64,000 nt of DNA from Takakia lepidozioides. Taxonomy: Eukaryota; Plantae; Bryophyta. The first letter of the stretch is position 1. Each line of letters begins with the position of its first letter. Under the pieces are notes generated by a model that saw nothing but the letters and a program-made list of their open reading frames with translations, had not been told where the DNA came from and did no database searches. The translations under genes were made by a program, and so were the position numbers. Below are positions 51,466 through 64,000 of the stretch, in pieces. Location: the NCBI GenBank assembly GCA_030704615.1, contig CM060732.1:81220001-81284000 (forward strand), in the 5' to 3' direction.

Positions 51466-52854
51466 TCGCTGGCAAAAAAGTGGTCTGCTTGGGACAACAG
51501 GGGCATTAGTCAACTAAAACACATATGGTCGCCTGCAGGCTTCCTGCATATTGACACAATTAGCCCTATACTGGGGTCAATCAGAGCCAAGGCCGGGCTT
51601 CAGACGGTCATAAATTCTATACCTCAAATTCACCTTCATGCCCCAATTCTAGGGTTTGAGTCCCTGTCCGCCCCCTATCCCACTAGCTCTGCTCGTCGTC
51701 TCTCATGATCAGACTCGACACTAAAACAAAACAAACATAGTTCCGCCCTAATCGGTATCTCTCATGATCAGACTCGACACTATAAGAAAGCAAACACAGC
51801 TCCGTCGTGTTTGTCGTCTCTCACGATCAAACTCGACACAAAGAAAACAAACAGATGGCAGGGGAGACAAAAAAAATGCTAAGTCCCCTCTACTCATGAC
51901 TGGATGGATGAATATAGCGATAGATGGATGGATTTTGGGTTTTCCATCAATACATCCATCCATTCATTTATTTTTCCATTTTTTGGCCATTTTAATTTCA
52001 TCCATTCATCCAAAATGAATCTTTAAATGAGTTTCACTGTCAGTTCATCCAATATTGCCAGCTCAGCGTTTGCATTATTATTTGTTCCTATGTTCATCCA
52101 ATAGTTGCCAACAAGGCGTTTGTTGTATTATTCGTTCATACGTTCATCCAGTACACAAAAGTTATGTTTGATACATTCATCCAATAGTTGCCACCAAGGT
52201 GTTTGTGTATCATTCGTTGAGATAATACAGTCGTTTTGTTTCACTAACCTTAACCAACAGTCGATTAGTTTATTGTTAATCTGCTGGATCAGTGAAACAG
52301 TAGTTAAATATTTGTATTACTTATTATCCTCATACTTAACACTGCGACCTAACAACCCTAAATTCGAGCACTTTCATCCTAATTCATCCTAGTTCACTCA
52401 TCCTAATTCATCCTAATCATTCATTCATCCATTCATTCCTTCATTCACAGGGTGTGGCTTAGTGCCCGCGAGCAATGATATGTTGACACGTCGTCATTTG
52501 CAATCCCATCCTGCATATGTTTCATCCATTTATGTCTGCATCGTCCACGTAGACACTCCTTGGGCAACCGGCAATCGCCACGTGCAGTCGTGAATACTGG
52601 CAGTCATACATTCCCATGCCCACGTCATCCTGTTGCAGTTTTGGCCATGACTCCTAGTCGTATCTACCATCTTCCCCCATCTGGTCAATCGTGTTTGACC
52701 GCAGATCTTGACGTGGCGGAGGTACAAGGTGGCAACCAGGACTTCTGGTGGTCACAAATGGCAACCAAGACTGCCCCTTTGCATTTTGTAGACATATATG
52801 CTACGACTTGGCAAATGTGGCAGACGTTAAAGCCAGGATCTGTTGTAGTGCCTC

Positions 52855-55800
52855 ATCATTGACTCCCGCACCCACATCATCCTATTATAAAAAACCAAAC
52901 TGCATACTAGTAACACTAACAGCTCATACATTAACAAACTTCTTCCGGACTACTACTTGTTATACAACAACCCACTCACTACGCCACAGTGCCTCCTCAG
53001 ACGCTCAACACCTTATAAACCCACAAGAGGTGGGGTGGCATTTGGCATCTTGCGCTCCCCTAGCTCCACCACTAAGATAACCATACCCATCCATCTTCGC
53101 TCCCACCTCCAAATCCTACACCTTCACCCCCCGGCCCTCTGCCCTATTCTACTCATTCATCTCTACATGCCATCCCACGTCGAGGACCTCTCATCCATCC
53201 CTGAAATTCTCAATACCATATCCGCGACAATTACTCACCCCACACATCAACATGACCACATCATAATGGCCGGGGACTTCAACAGAGATGTTGCACTCCT
53301 CGGACACACTTTCAATGGCATGCACCGACCACCCTCCATCGAGGACTGAGACTGGGCCCACTTCACCTCCCACCATCACCTCACATATATCACCTCAGAC
53401 CACCACTACTCTAGACAAGGTGGCCTCAATTATCCCTCACTAAGCCTCATTGATGGATTCTACCTTCGTACCAGCGAGGCCATCCCTCCTCATTTGCAAA
53501 GCCATGTACATATTGATAGCCTATGTAATTCCGACCACTACCCGATCTCCCTTTCCGTGCCACCATCACTCTCCTCTTTCGACCAGTTCCCATCATATAG
53601 GCACCACCCCTTCAACCACGTCTCATCTCACCTCTACCCTATAGTAATATAGCGCATTCAAATCCCATTTCCACCCAACTGCCTCCGCCTTAACTCACCC
53701 TCTCGCACACCCTATCCAACTCGGACCTTTCCCAACACCCGGAAACCACGTGGCTTGCAGCTGAATGTACCCTCACATCCATCCTACAACTCATGACCAC
53801 CAGCGTGCTCGCCACTTGCTCCGCTCCCCCAAAACTCCTTCAAACCCCCCGTTCACAACAAAACGGGGGCTACCTTACACGCACTCAAAAACGCGAGTGG
53901 ACCTCCCATCTCAAACACACCACACCATACGTCGCGCCCTCACGATTATCCCCAGCACACCCACCTTCATCGCACTCAATAACTGGTTCACCGAGCGTAT
54001 CTTGTGCTTAAACTCTATCCCCCTCTGCCAACCACTTTTACCCCCGCCGTCCGACCCCACAGCCATATCAAACACTACCCTTGGCATGACATCGACAGAT
54101 TCTCCTTAGATAAACGTGGGGCCCCTGAGGATACCATCCTCTCGTTCTTCACAATAGCTATTTACGACTCATGCCTCAAATCCCTATCCAAATCCAAAGC
54201 CCCCGGTCCTGATTTCATCCCCAATGCCATACTCCAAGCTCTAGATCATCATTTTCATTCTCTCTTATTCAAAATTTTCCACCTATGTTATCGCCTACGA
54301 TGTATTCCTCCACCTTAGAAAGATGGCCGTACTATCCTTCTCTACAAAAAAGGGGACCCCACAGATCTCGGCAACTACCGCCCTATAGCTTTAGCCAACA
54401 CCATATACAAACTCTTCACTAGTACGCTAACCACAATGCTCTCCTGTTATGGAGAGCAGCACCACATTCTTAGTGACCCCCAAGAAGGCTTCCGCGCCAC
54501 TCGTAGTACCACTCGTCAAATACAATATGTCCTATCCGCACTCGAAGACGCCAAACTCACTAAACATGACATCTATCTCTTGTACATTGACTTTAAAAAT
54601 GCCTTTGGATCTCTTGATCACGCCCGACTTCTCGCCATTATGACGGACCTGGGCTATCCCACTGACGCTATACAACTCATCGACAACATCTATACCGGCA
54701 GCTCCACAGAATATTCTGGTTCATACTACGGTTCCACTCCCCCTATCCCAATTGTGAGAGGCACTATCCAAGGAGACACCCTAAGCCCTTACATGTTCAT
54801 CATCTTCCTAGAGCCCCTTCTTAGATGGATCGACCGAGGTAAGATAGGCTACCGATATAAAACCTCTAACAATACCATCTCTGTTGCGGCCTACACAGAC
54901 GACCTTGCCATACTTGCCCACACCCCTCAACATATCAACCGACAAGTAGACAAACTATTTAGATTCAATCAATGGTCTGGCATGGAGCTCAGCCTCTACA
55001 AATGTGCTGTCACCGCAGCTACCCATCATAGCAAACTCACCAAAGCCACGACAACCTCACACTGCAAATTGTACAACCACTACCAAAACAAAAATTTCCC
55101 CTTCTTAGGCCTTGACGAACCCTACACCTACCTAGGCATACAACTAGTCCCCTCCCTTACTTGGCACCTACAAAAATCCACTACAATCGATAAATTGATT
55201 GACAGAAGTACGGCCCTCCTCAAATCCCCGGTATCCATCCGCCCCAAACTCTCCCTCATTCAAACCGTACTCAAACCACAAGTCTAATACTCTTTCCACG
55301 CAGCCCCCTTCTCTCTCCCATATCTCAAATCAATTGACAAACACTTCATTCAGCTCACTAAATGCATCTGCGGCCTACCCACCAGCACCCCCAATGCTCT
55401 TACCCAGCTCCCCACCGACAACTATGACATAGGTACTATCCCGCTATTTACCTCCTATGCCCGCACCCTGGGCAAGCAACTTCAAGAAGCCCTCAATGAC
55501 CCTAGCCGGCTAGGCCTTATCTATAGAGGTCTCTTTCAATTCCTGGCTACCAAATATAACGGCCTCCACTCCCTACCCACCCTGCACCCCCAATCTTGCC
55601 CTCTCCTACCACTAGAACCCTCTCCGCATACAAACCGATCTACCTGGCTACCCCAACACCATCTCTCCTCTTGAACAAGCCTGGCTTGCTAGCCCACTCC
55701 TCTCCGCACTCGAAGAACAACATCCCCGCCAGAAGACGACCATACTTGCCTACTTTAAACTCAGACACATCACGACTCTCACCCAACTCACCACAGCCTC

Positions 55801-57450
55801 TGGCTGCAAACTTTTCTCACCCCAAGAATTCACTCTCAAATACTCCAAAGCAATTGTTAAGACATGCCGGTTTTTGTCCATCCTTCAGACCCTTTCCTGC
55901 CACAGAACCCCCTTATGCACCCTCGACTGTGACTTCCCATGTAAACTCTTCCCACACCACAAACTGGACCTCCTACCCCAATACCGAACCAACCCAACCC
56001 CCTCTATTCTCAGTAAACTTGCCGGCCCCCCACCTCACCCCCACCCGTATATTGATCCTAGCCACCCCGTATCACCAAGGCATTCTTCTCTCCCCTCGAC
56101 ACCGGGCTCCCTCCCCAGACCTACCCCCCCCTAGCTCAGTCACATACTACTCTTCCTCCGGACATCTTAACACTTCTTATAGAATCCTTTCACATTACAC
56201 ACTCCTACTATTCTAGCCCGCTTACATGCCCTATGACGCTTTCGTCATACTCTAGCCCTCATCCTAGGGACTGTTTATTTGGAGCCATAGGCTCTGCATC
56301 CCAGCATACCTGGACTGGCCATGGCCTTGCACACCCCACCAAGGGCCCCATCTACAAGATGCACTTCAATAGGCACGGCTCGCAGCACAGTCCGCCCCCT
56401 CTAATGCCACCATCCTCCTCCTTTCTCACCAACAAATGCCCAATGGTCCACACCCCCTCCACCAACTGCCGCCCGGAGTCACGCCCCTAGCCGTTATGGA
56501 CCCAGGGCAACTCCAATATTCGCACATCCAGCCCCTCCCCAAATACCTACAACACAAAGAACCTACCTTAACCCTCATTCTGCTGGTCCACCGCCCCACC
56601 TTCTCTGCTATCATACCCAATGTCTTCCCAGCTCGCCTTCTCCACCTTCTCACAAACACGCATGGCCTGAAGGTCACTATTTTCCCGATCCCTCCTACTC
56701 TCCCCGGCACCCCTCGCCCCATTCCTCACATGAAAGCAACTAAGTCGTGGTCTCAAATGCTTTCCCGCCCACCCCTCCCCCCTATCCCCCCTATCCCCAC
56801 TGATCCGCCAGTTTCTCGCATGAAACTTCCTCTCAAATACCCACCTGCCCACTCCCACTACACGGATGGCTCCCTCATTGCTTGTCCCCGGGCTGGTTAC
56901 GGCATATACCATGCCGCTACCAACCAATGAATCGCCCTACGACTTCCAGGCCCGGCCACCATCCTCCGCGCCGAGCTCATGGCCATTCATGATGCCATTA
57001 CCCAGCTCTCCTCATCCCCCCCCCCCCCCCCCACACTACATCTTTACCGACAACCTCACCTTACTTTTTCTCATCCGTAACCACCTCTCCCACCCTTCCT
57101 CTCACCATTACCACTCTGACAGGAACCTTTTCTCCGCCATTGCCCATCTTGCCATCTCCTTAGACCAACCCATATACTTCATTAAAGTCCGCTCCCACAC
57201 CGGCATCACCGGTAACGACATGGCCGACTTCTTCGCCCAGAAAGGGGCTACTTGTCCCGAGGTGAACCCTACGTTAGAATCCATACACGTTGCCCATACG
57301 CACCCCTTCTGGTTCATCCACCCAGTTCCAGGTCCCACTTTGCCTCGCCCTATCCGCAATCTCTCAACCACCCTTACCCACGAAGCCCATAAACAAGCCT
57401 TGACCTCCGCTAGTCTCACCAAGCTATATGTCCAGAAATGGACACACTCG
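52855..57450 (+). pseudogene. LINE ORF2 continuation: APE, RT, RNase H
   Basis: HIILL*KTKL, IIMAGDFN, SDHYP (APE). YRPIALANTIYK, QEGFR, YIDFKNAF, RGTIQGDTLSP, AYTDDL (RT). HYTDGS, RAELMAI, IFTDNL, KVRSHTGITGNDMAD (RNase H). Confidence 0.9.
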
Positions 57451-60400
57451 GAGGGCCCAGTGGTGGCAGCTCACATGGTTAGGCCATGTGTTGTACTAGA
57501 AGTAAGTACAATGATAGTAACAAGAAGTAAGGCCAAACTAATACCTCCAGTAGAAGAGGAAGAAGATGATAATGGAAGTGGCAATGATATGCCTGAAGAT
57601 GAAGAGACTTGGAAAGATGAGAGGGAACTGCACAAGGAAGTGGCAGATACTATAAGGGAAATGCAGAAGAGTACTGATATTCCTGTGGCAGATTCCTCTG
57701 ATTCGGATGGAGAAAAAGAAGGGAGTGAGGAAGAAAGGAAAAAAGAAGATGCAGACATGCAAAGTAATGAAGAGACTTTGGCTGCAGTAATATGTCAGAC
57801 CAAAGCAGAAATTACCATTGGACAGCTATTAGCTGTGGCACCTTATTGTAGGCACAGGCTGTATCAAGCAATCAATCGAATTGCCCAAGAGACAGGAAAC
57901 ACAGACCTGAACAGCAAGGTGACCAGTTATAATGTGAAGCCGGAAGGGCGAGAAACAGTCATGGACTTTGATGATTCTATGCCAGTAATCCAATTGAGAA
58001 TTGGAAGCACAGAACTAACTGATGTACTGATAGATGGTGGTTCTGGAGTAAATATCATGACAGACCAATTAAGGAAGAAGCTTGGTCTAAGTAACATGAA
58101 ACCAGCCCCATTTACAGTAACAATGGCAGATCAAAGAAGTGTACAGCCATTGGGTTTAATAAGAGGAGTTAAGATACAGATACATAAAATGATCTTTATG
58201 ATCACAGTAACTGTATTAAAATGGATGAAGTCATGGAGGCTTACTCCTTATTATTGGGACGTCCGTGGCTGAAACAGGCCAGGGTATTCCATGACTGGAA
58301 TTCTCAGTTACTAACCGTGCATAATGGGATACACGAGATACAAATTACCACAAAGAAATCTAGTAGATTACCTGCTACAAGAAGACCTCGAGGAGTCAGA
58401 GAGTATGACTGGAGAGGAGGACTGGATGAAGAGCAGAAAGCTACCCTATTTGCTGCACACCCAGAGTGGGAGCAGGTTGCAGAGATGCGGCTGGAAAGCC
58501 TAAGTTGTTTGAGAGGTATCTGCTGTGGTGTAGTGACAGCAACACCAACTGAAGAGGAAACCAGCATTTACCCATCACATTTCTATGAAGAAAGAGAAGG
58601 AGAAATAGAAATCCTAGAAGAACCAGCCACTGTGAGCTTACAGGATGAAGTGGTGACTGGTTGGACAATCACAGCTGATGAGCAGGTGAGGGAAGTAAAT
58701 GTGGGAACTAAGGAGGAACCGAGGATGGTGAAAGTAGGAGCTGATTTGGAGCCGGAATTCTTCGAAGAAGCTAAAAGCTTGTTCATCAAATACAGAGATG
58801 TATTTGCTTGGAGCTATGAGGATCTAAAAGGGATACCACCTGAAGTCTGTCAGCATAAGATTGAACTGGAACCAGGGTCAGTACCAATCAAGCAGGCGAG
58901 GTATAGAATGAATCCCAACTACGCACAGAAGGTTGGAGAAGAGATAAAGAAGTTGGCTGAGGCTAAGTTTATATACCCAATAGAGTATACAACTTGGTTG
59001 TCACCCATTGTTATAGTTCCCAAGAAGAATGGCAAACTAAGAGTATGTGTGAACTATAAGAAGCTGAATGCTTGTACGAAGAAAGATCCTTTCCCTTTGC
59101 CATTCACAGAAGCAGTATTAGACACTGTGGCAGGCCATGAGATGTACTCATTCATGGATGGCTTCAGTGGTTATAATCAAGTGCAAGTGGCAGAAGAAGA
59201 CCAAGGAAAACAGCTTTCATCACAGACTGGGGGGCTTATGCATACAAAGTCATGCCCTTTGGACTTTGTAATGCACCAGCGACCTTTCAGAGAGTGATAA
59301 GTGAATCTTTTCATGAGTATCTGGATGATTTCATGCAGGTATTCTTGGATGATTTCAGTGTGTACAGCTCTAAGAGTGAGCACTTGCATAAATTGGAGTT
59401 ATGTTTGGCCAGATGCAGGATGAGAGGTCTGGGCCTGAATCCAGAGAAGTGTACTTTCTGTGTGAACTCAGGGGTGCTTCTGGGACACATTGTGTGTAAG
59501 AAGGGACTCCTTGTGGATCCCAGAAAGACAGAGTCCATTAAAGCCTCTCCACCACCAGTGAATGTTAAAAGTCTACGGAGATTCCTTGGGCAAACCAGTT
59601 ATTACAGGAGATTTGTCAAAAGGTATGCACAAATAGCAGCACCATTGAGCAAACTACTGAAGAAAGATGCAGTGTTTGCCTGGACAGCTGAATGTCAACA
59701 GGCATTTGAGGAACTTACACTGTCAGTAACAACTACACCTGTGCTGATTAACCCTCACTGGCATGTAGTATTCCATGTTCACTGCGATGCATCAGGAGAA
59801 GCGTTGGGAGCGGTGTTAGCCCAGAATGTTACAGGGAATATAGATTCACCTGTGTACTATGCTAGCCGGTTGATGAACAGTGCTGAGAGGAACTATAGCA
59901 CAACGGAAAGAGAAGCATTGGCAATGATCTATGCAGTGAAGAAATTCAGGCATTACCTGTTGGGCAAGAAGTTTATGTTCTATGTGGATCACCAGGCTCT
60001 GATATACCTGGTAAACAAACCTCTGATAAGCGGAAGAATAGCAAGATGGTTGATAATCTTGCACGAGTTTGAGTTCGAGGTTGTTTACAAGCCTGGGAGA
60101 CTGCATCTTGTGGCGGATCATTTGTCACGATTGTCAACAGGAGAACCAGCCACAGGAATAGATGATCAATTACCAGATGCGAGTCTCTTTGCAGTGGAGG
60201 TGCAAGGAAGTGCAGATGACTGGTTAGATTGGCAGTGGCCAATCAGATACTACCTTGCTCATGGTCAGTGCCCACCTAGTTATGGTAAGGAGCAGAGGAA
60301 GAGAATCGCTATCAAAGCTTTACCTTATACTATGGTAGGAAGCAGAATGTATAAGTTAGGACCTGATGGAGTACTAAAACGATGCTTGTACCACCATGAA

Positions 60401-61608
60401 GTAAATAAAGTTTTGGCGGAAGTTCATAAAGGAGTGGCTGGAGGTCATTTTGGAGAAGAGACTACCAGTAGAAAGATACTACTCGCAGGATACTGGTGGC
60501 CTACTTTGTTCAAAGATGTACACGAGTATTGTCAGAAGTGTGATGAATGTCAGAGGCTAGGACCTTTGCAGAGATCTGGAAGGATGGCCTTGCATCCTAC
60601 AATGCCTACGGAACCATTTCAGAAATGGGGACTAGACTTTGTTGGACCAATTAACCCACCATCCAAGAATACACGAAACAGGTACATAATTACAGCCACT
60701 GATTATACTACAAAGTGGGTGGAAGCTAAAGCTTTGAGGGACAACACAGCCAAGTCCACAGCAAGGTTCCTGTACGAGAACATACTTACACGATTTGGCT
60801 GTCCCTTAGAATTTATCAGTGATCAAGGAAGTCACTTCATGAATGAGACCATTGAGTTGTTGACTAAAGAGTTTATGATTGTGCATAGAAAGAGTACAAC
60901 ATATTACCCACAGGGTAATGGGCAGGCAGAGGCTACCAACAAAATACTATGTACTATCTTGGCTAAGATAGTCAATGCAAACAGAACGGATTGGGATACA
61001 AAGCTGCTGACAGCTTTGTGGTCATACAGGACTTCATATAAAGTCACCACTAAGTATACACCATTCCAATTAGTTTATGGTATGGAAGCCTTACTTCCAG
61101 TGGAATTCCTGTTACCTACCATGAGAACGGAGTGGGGAAAAAGAATGGAATTGCAAGACTCCATCAAGGTCAGGAAACATGAATTATACCATGTGGAAGA
61201 AGTACGTGCTGATGCAGCTGATAATATGACCAGAATTCAGATGAAGCGAAAGGAACAGTTTGATGAAGGCAAGTTAAAGACTTTTAAGACGGGGATTTGG
61301 TTCTATGGTTGCAGAAGAAAGGAAAGATTCAAGCTTCTAAGCTTAAATCACCATGGAAAGGACCTTATGTCATACAAAAGATGTATGATAACAACACCGC
61401 CATGTTACAAACCATTAACAAAGAAATGCTGGGAAGAGTCAATGCAAATAAGTTGAAGGGGTACAGTGGTATCCATGACAAACCCTTGCAGCATGATTTG
61501 CATGTTGAACCGCAAGAGCAGTCACGGGCTGCACCAGTGTTACGAACGGAGTATGGAGCACTTGTCGCTAGGCCCAGCATATATGACCAGGGCGGGCAAA
61601 ACAAACGT

Positions 61609-61880
61609 GACACAGCCTATCACAGCCCATCAAGGCAAAGCACAGCCTATCACAGCCCATCACGGCGCAACACAGCCTATCACAGCCCATCACAACGTGA
61701 CACAGCCTATCACAGCCCACCACAGCGTGACACAGCCTATCACAACCTACCACAGCGTGTCACAGCCTATCACAGCTTACCACAGTGCATCACAGCCTAT
61801 CACAGCTTACCACAGTGTCACAGCCTATCACAGCGTAACACAGTATGACACAGCCTGTCACAGCTCAACACAGCCTACTA
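61609..61880. repeat. 30-bp tandem repeat (7+ copies, 10-bp subunit cacagcctat) after pol
   Basis: cacagcctat recurs at 61611, 61641, 61671, 61701, 61731, 61761 and 61791. Confidence 0.95.
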
Positions 61881-62307
61881 AAGTTACACGATCCATAGAA
61901 TCAGTGACAAGTGGACGCATAATAACTTCAGGAAAATGGCTGACGGAAGAGAAAACGGAAATTACTTTAAAAATAGACACGTGGAGGTCAGGGCGCGACA
62001 CACAGCCGAGAAGGAAGTGCAAGAACAGGTGTCAAAAAGAAAGAGGACAAGAACGGCCGTCAAAAGGAATGAAAGGCGGGCCCATTAATGAATACGGAAA
62101 AAGGGAAACGGAACGAACGGCAAGTACAGAAAAGCGGAATTCTTGTCACATGTGTGATCCTAGTGGACTATCCAACAGGGAAAGTCCACTAAAGAAAACC
62201 AGAGAAAGGATCAAGAAAAGGGAGGGAAATTGAGCGCAAGAGGCGGCGTCGTTCTGAGTAACGGGCGTCTCGACGGGACAGACCATCAATGCTATAGCTT
62301 GGAAACT

Positions 62308-64000
62308 ATGGAGGAACTAACAGACTATACGCTCGCAATATTACTTACGCAGTGGCATAGACACGAAAGGACAGAGCGGAGCTTTTCTCTTGAGCGATGC
62401 TTGCAAGCCCCGCAGGCTTACAAGAAATTACCCATAGCTTTCTGCGGCAACCATACGTTTATGCTTTGTGCACTACAGGCATTCCTGCAGTTGTTACAGC
62501 CAAAACAGTTCTGTGAGTCTAAAATGAAGAGAGTGAGAGGAATGGAGGAAATCAGGGTGAAGAGCACCACAATTCTGCAGAAACAAACGATTGCTACCCC
62601 ACAGGCGATACAGATACTGGAGGAGCTGAGATTGCAAGGATTGCAAAGCCTAGATTGGACATACACCATAGACAGTACATGTTACAATTTTTGCAGAACT
62701 TTGAGCCAAGGACAGGAACAACAACGGTGAAGGGAGTTGAATTAATGATTACTCCCCTATACCTCCAGCAATTGTTTCGATTGCCAGCAGGTCAGGTGCA
62801 TGTGGAGGAACACAGGGCAAGACTGCAAATAGGGGACTTATTCCAAGAAGGGAGTTTCTTTAAAACTCAGGGTTATGCTTGTACCAAGGCTGTGTACCCA
62901 GGGTTAAAAGAGGTAGGCCAGGTATTGAACGTTCTGATTGCCATGAAACAGAACCAACAGTATTTGAGCAGATCCTTCACGGAGGAAATACTCAAAGGCC
63001 TGAAGGGACAAGAGGTACAATGGGCGGACATAATGTACAACGCACTGGTAGAGGAGATGAAAAGATTACAAGGTACTACCGCAAAGTCTCCTATCATAGT
63101 GTCTGGCCCAATCATTGCTCAAATAATCCTTGATTCTGGCATACTTGATGCGCAAGAAAGAAAGGAAATGGGAGTGTTTGAGCCAGAAACAACTGCAATG
63201 GAAGAGCAAGGCTCTTCACACAGTGAGGGTGGACTAGCAGGGCAACCCGAGACTAAGAGGCAGAGACGGGGAAAGACTGTAGTGGCGGATCCACTGGCTT
63301 CACGGATTCCGCATGATAATGTTTCCCAAGCTCATGGCCAGGAAGGGGCACAGCAGCACAGAGAAATGCTATTACTGGAAGCAGGACCTTCAGAGAGGGA
63401 GGAGGAAGTTACTTCTGTATCACAACCATCACAGCCAGCTGATCGACTTGTCACAAGGTCACAAGTTATCCATGCAGCTCAACCAGAAATAATTGATTTG
63501 GAAAGAGAAGGGTTAGATATTCCAACTACAGAACAGATAGTGGCAGAAATGGAGAAGGGGGACCTTCTCTATGAATATTCTGGTCTGGTCAAGGAGACAG
63601 AGATCCCAGAGGTGCAACAGTTGCCCAAGGGAAATCCTGAGGTGCATATAATACACACACCTGTGTCGGAGGTACCACAGGCGGAAGGTCATGACACTGT
63701 AGCACCGGTGATAGATGAAGTAGTTCAGGAAGAAAATCCGGTGGGACAATGGCCTGAATGGTTCGTGAGACATCACACTGTTGAAGATCAGGAGGAACAG
63801 CAGCAACCTCACCATGATGACCCTCAACAGGCAATGCTGATGAGTTCCATAGGCAGGACACTTAATTTGTTGGGGACTTATGTCAAATCCCATGTTCCAA
63901 TTACCCAATTGACAGCCTTGAGAGAGGAACTCAGGAAGGAGTTTGAGGCTCGACTAGCCACTGAGTGTGCAAACAAGGTCGATGAAGAGGTCACTCTCAA
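62308..64000 (+). pseudogene. Extra sense ORF downstream of gypsy pol (function unknown), interrupted
   Basis: ATG 62308 and coding-like AG-rich sequence to the window end, with isolated stops; acidic/coiled-coil-like C-terminal part. Confidence 0.5.

Larger units (their letters stand above)
57451..64000 (+). mobile_element. Ty3/gypsy LTR retrotransposon internal region (non-chromovirus-like), 5' part missing
   Basis: Protease LIDGGSGVNI, RT (MPFGLCNAPATFQR, FLDDF), RNase H (DASG, NYSTTEREALA), integrase (HHCC, GLDFVGP, SDQGSHF, GQAEATNK) and GPY motif, in gypsy order. Frameshifts near 58240, 59210 and 61290. Confidence 0.93.

Noticed and set aside
61609-61880. ORFs with TAYHSP / QPITAH peptide repeats
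   Set aside because: They are translations of a 30-bp DNA tandem array open in several frames, not evidence of a protein.

Overview
Eukaryotic, TE-dense nuclear DNA, most likely from a seed-free land plant (bryophyte/lycophyte-like, inferred from abundant PLS/DYW PPR pieces, spliceosomal introns and plant TE types). Only one intact host gene is supported: an 8-exon ChaC/GGCT2 gamma-glutamylcyclotransferase (10507->7307) with a GC-AG intron. The main discovery is a 17.2-kb DNA transposon (17310-34525) with ~260-bp TIRs and a perfect GCCACG target-site duplication. It carries an intron-containing IS3-like (IS3EU-type) DDE transposase, its own HECT E3 ubiquitin-ligase gene, a possible HTH gene, an internal ~95-bp satellite and captured host gene fragments (AKR, F-box, PPR, a cyanobacteria-type gene). 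A 1.4-kb foldback element with related termini lies just upstream. The right half is a nest. A Dualen/RandI-like LINE (RRM-type ORF1, 2A-like motif, APE, RT, RNase H) is split by a 7-kb Pack-CACTA carrying REF6/ELF6-type JmjC exons and PPR pieces, and is cut at its 3' end by an LTR-less junction into a Ty3/gypsy element. Also present are a 1.3-kb CACTA, tRNA-derived SINEs, a DYW-PPR pseudogene and TTAA/CCC-ended piggyBac-like fragments. All family assignments come from motif recognition by eye; no database search was run.
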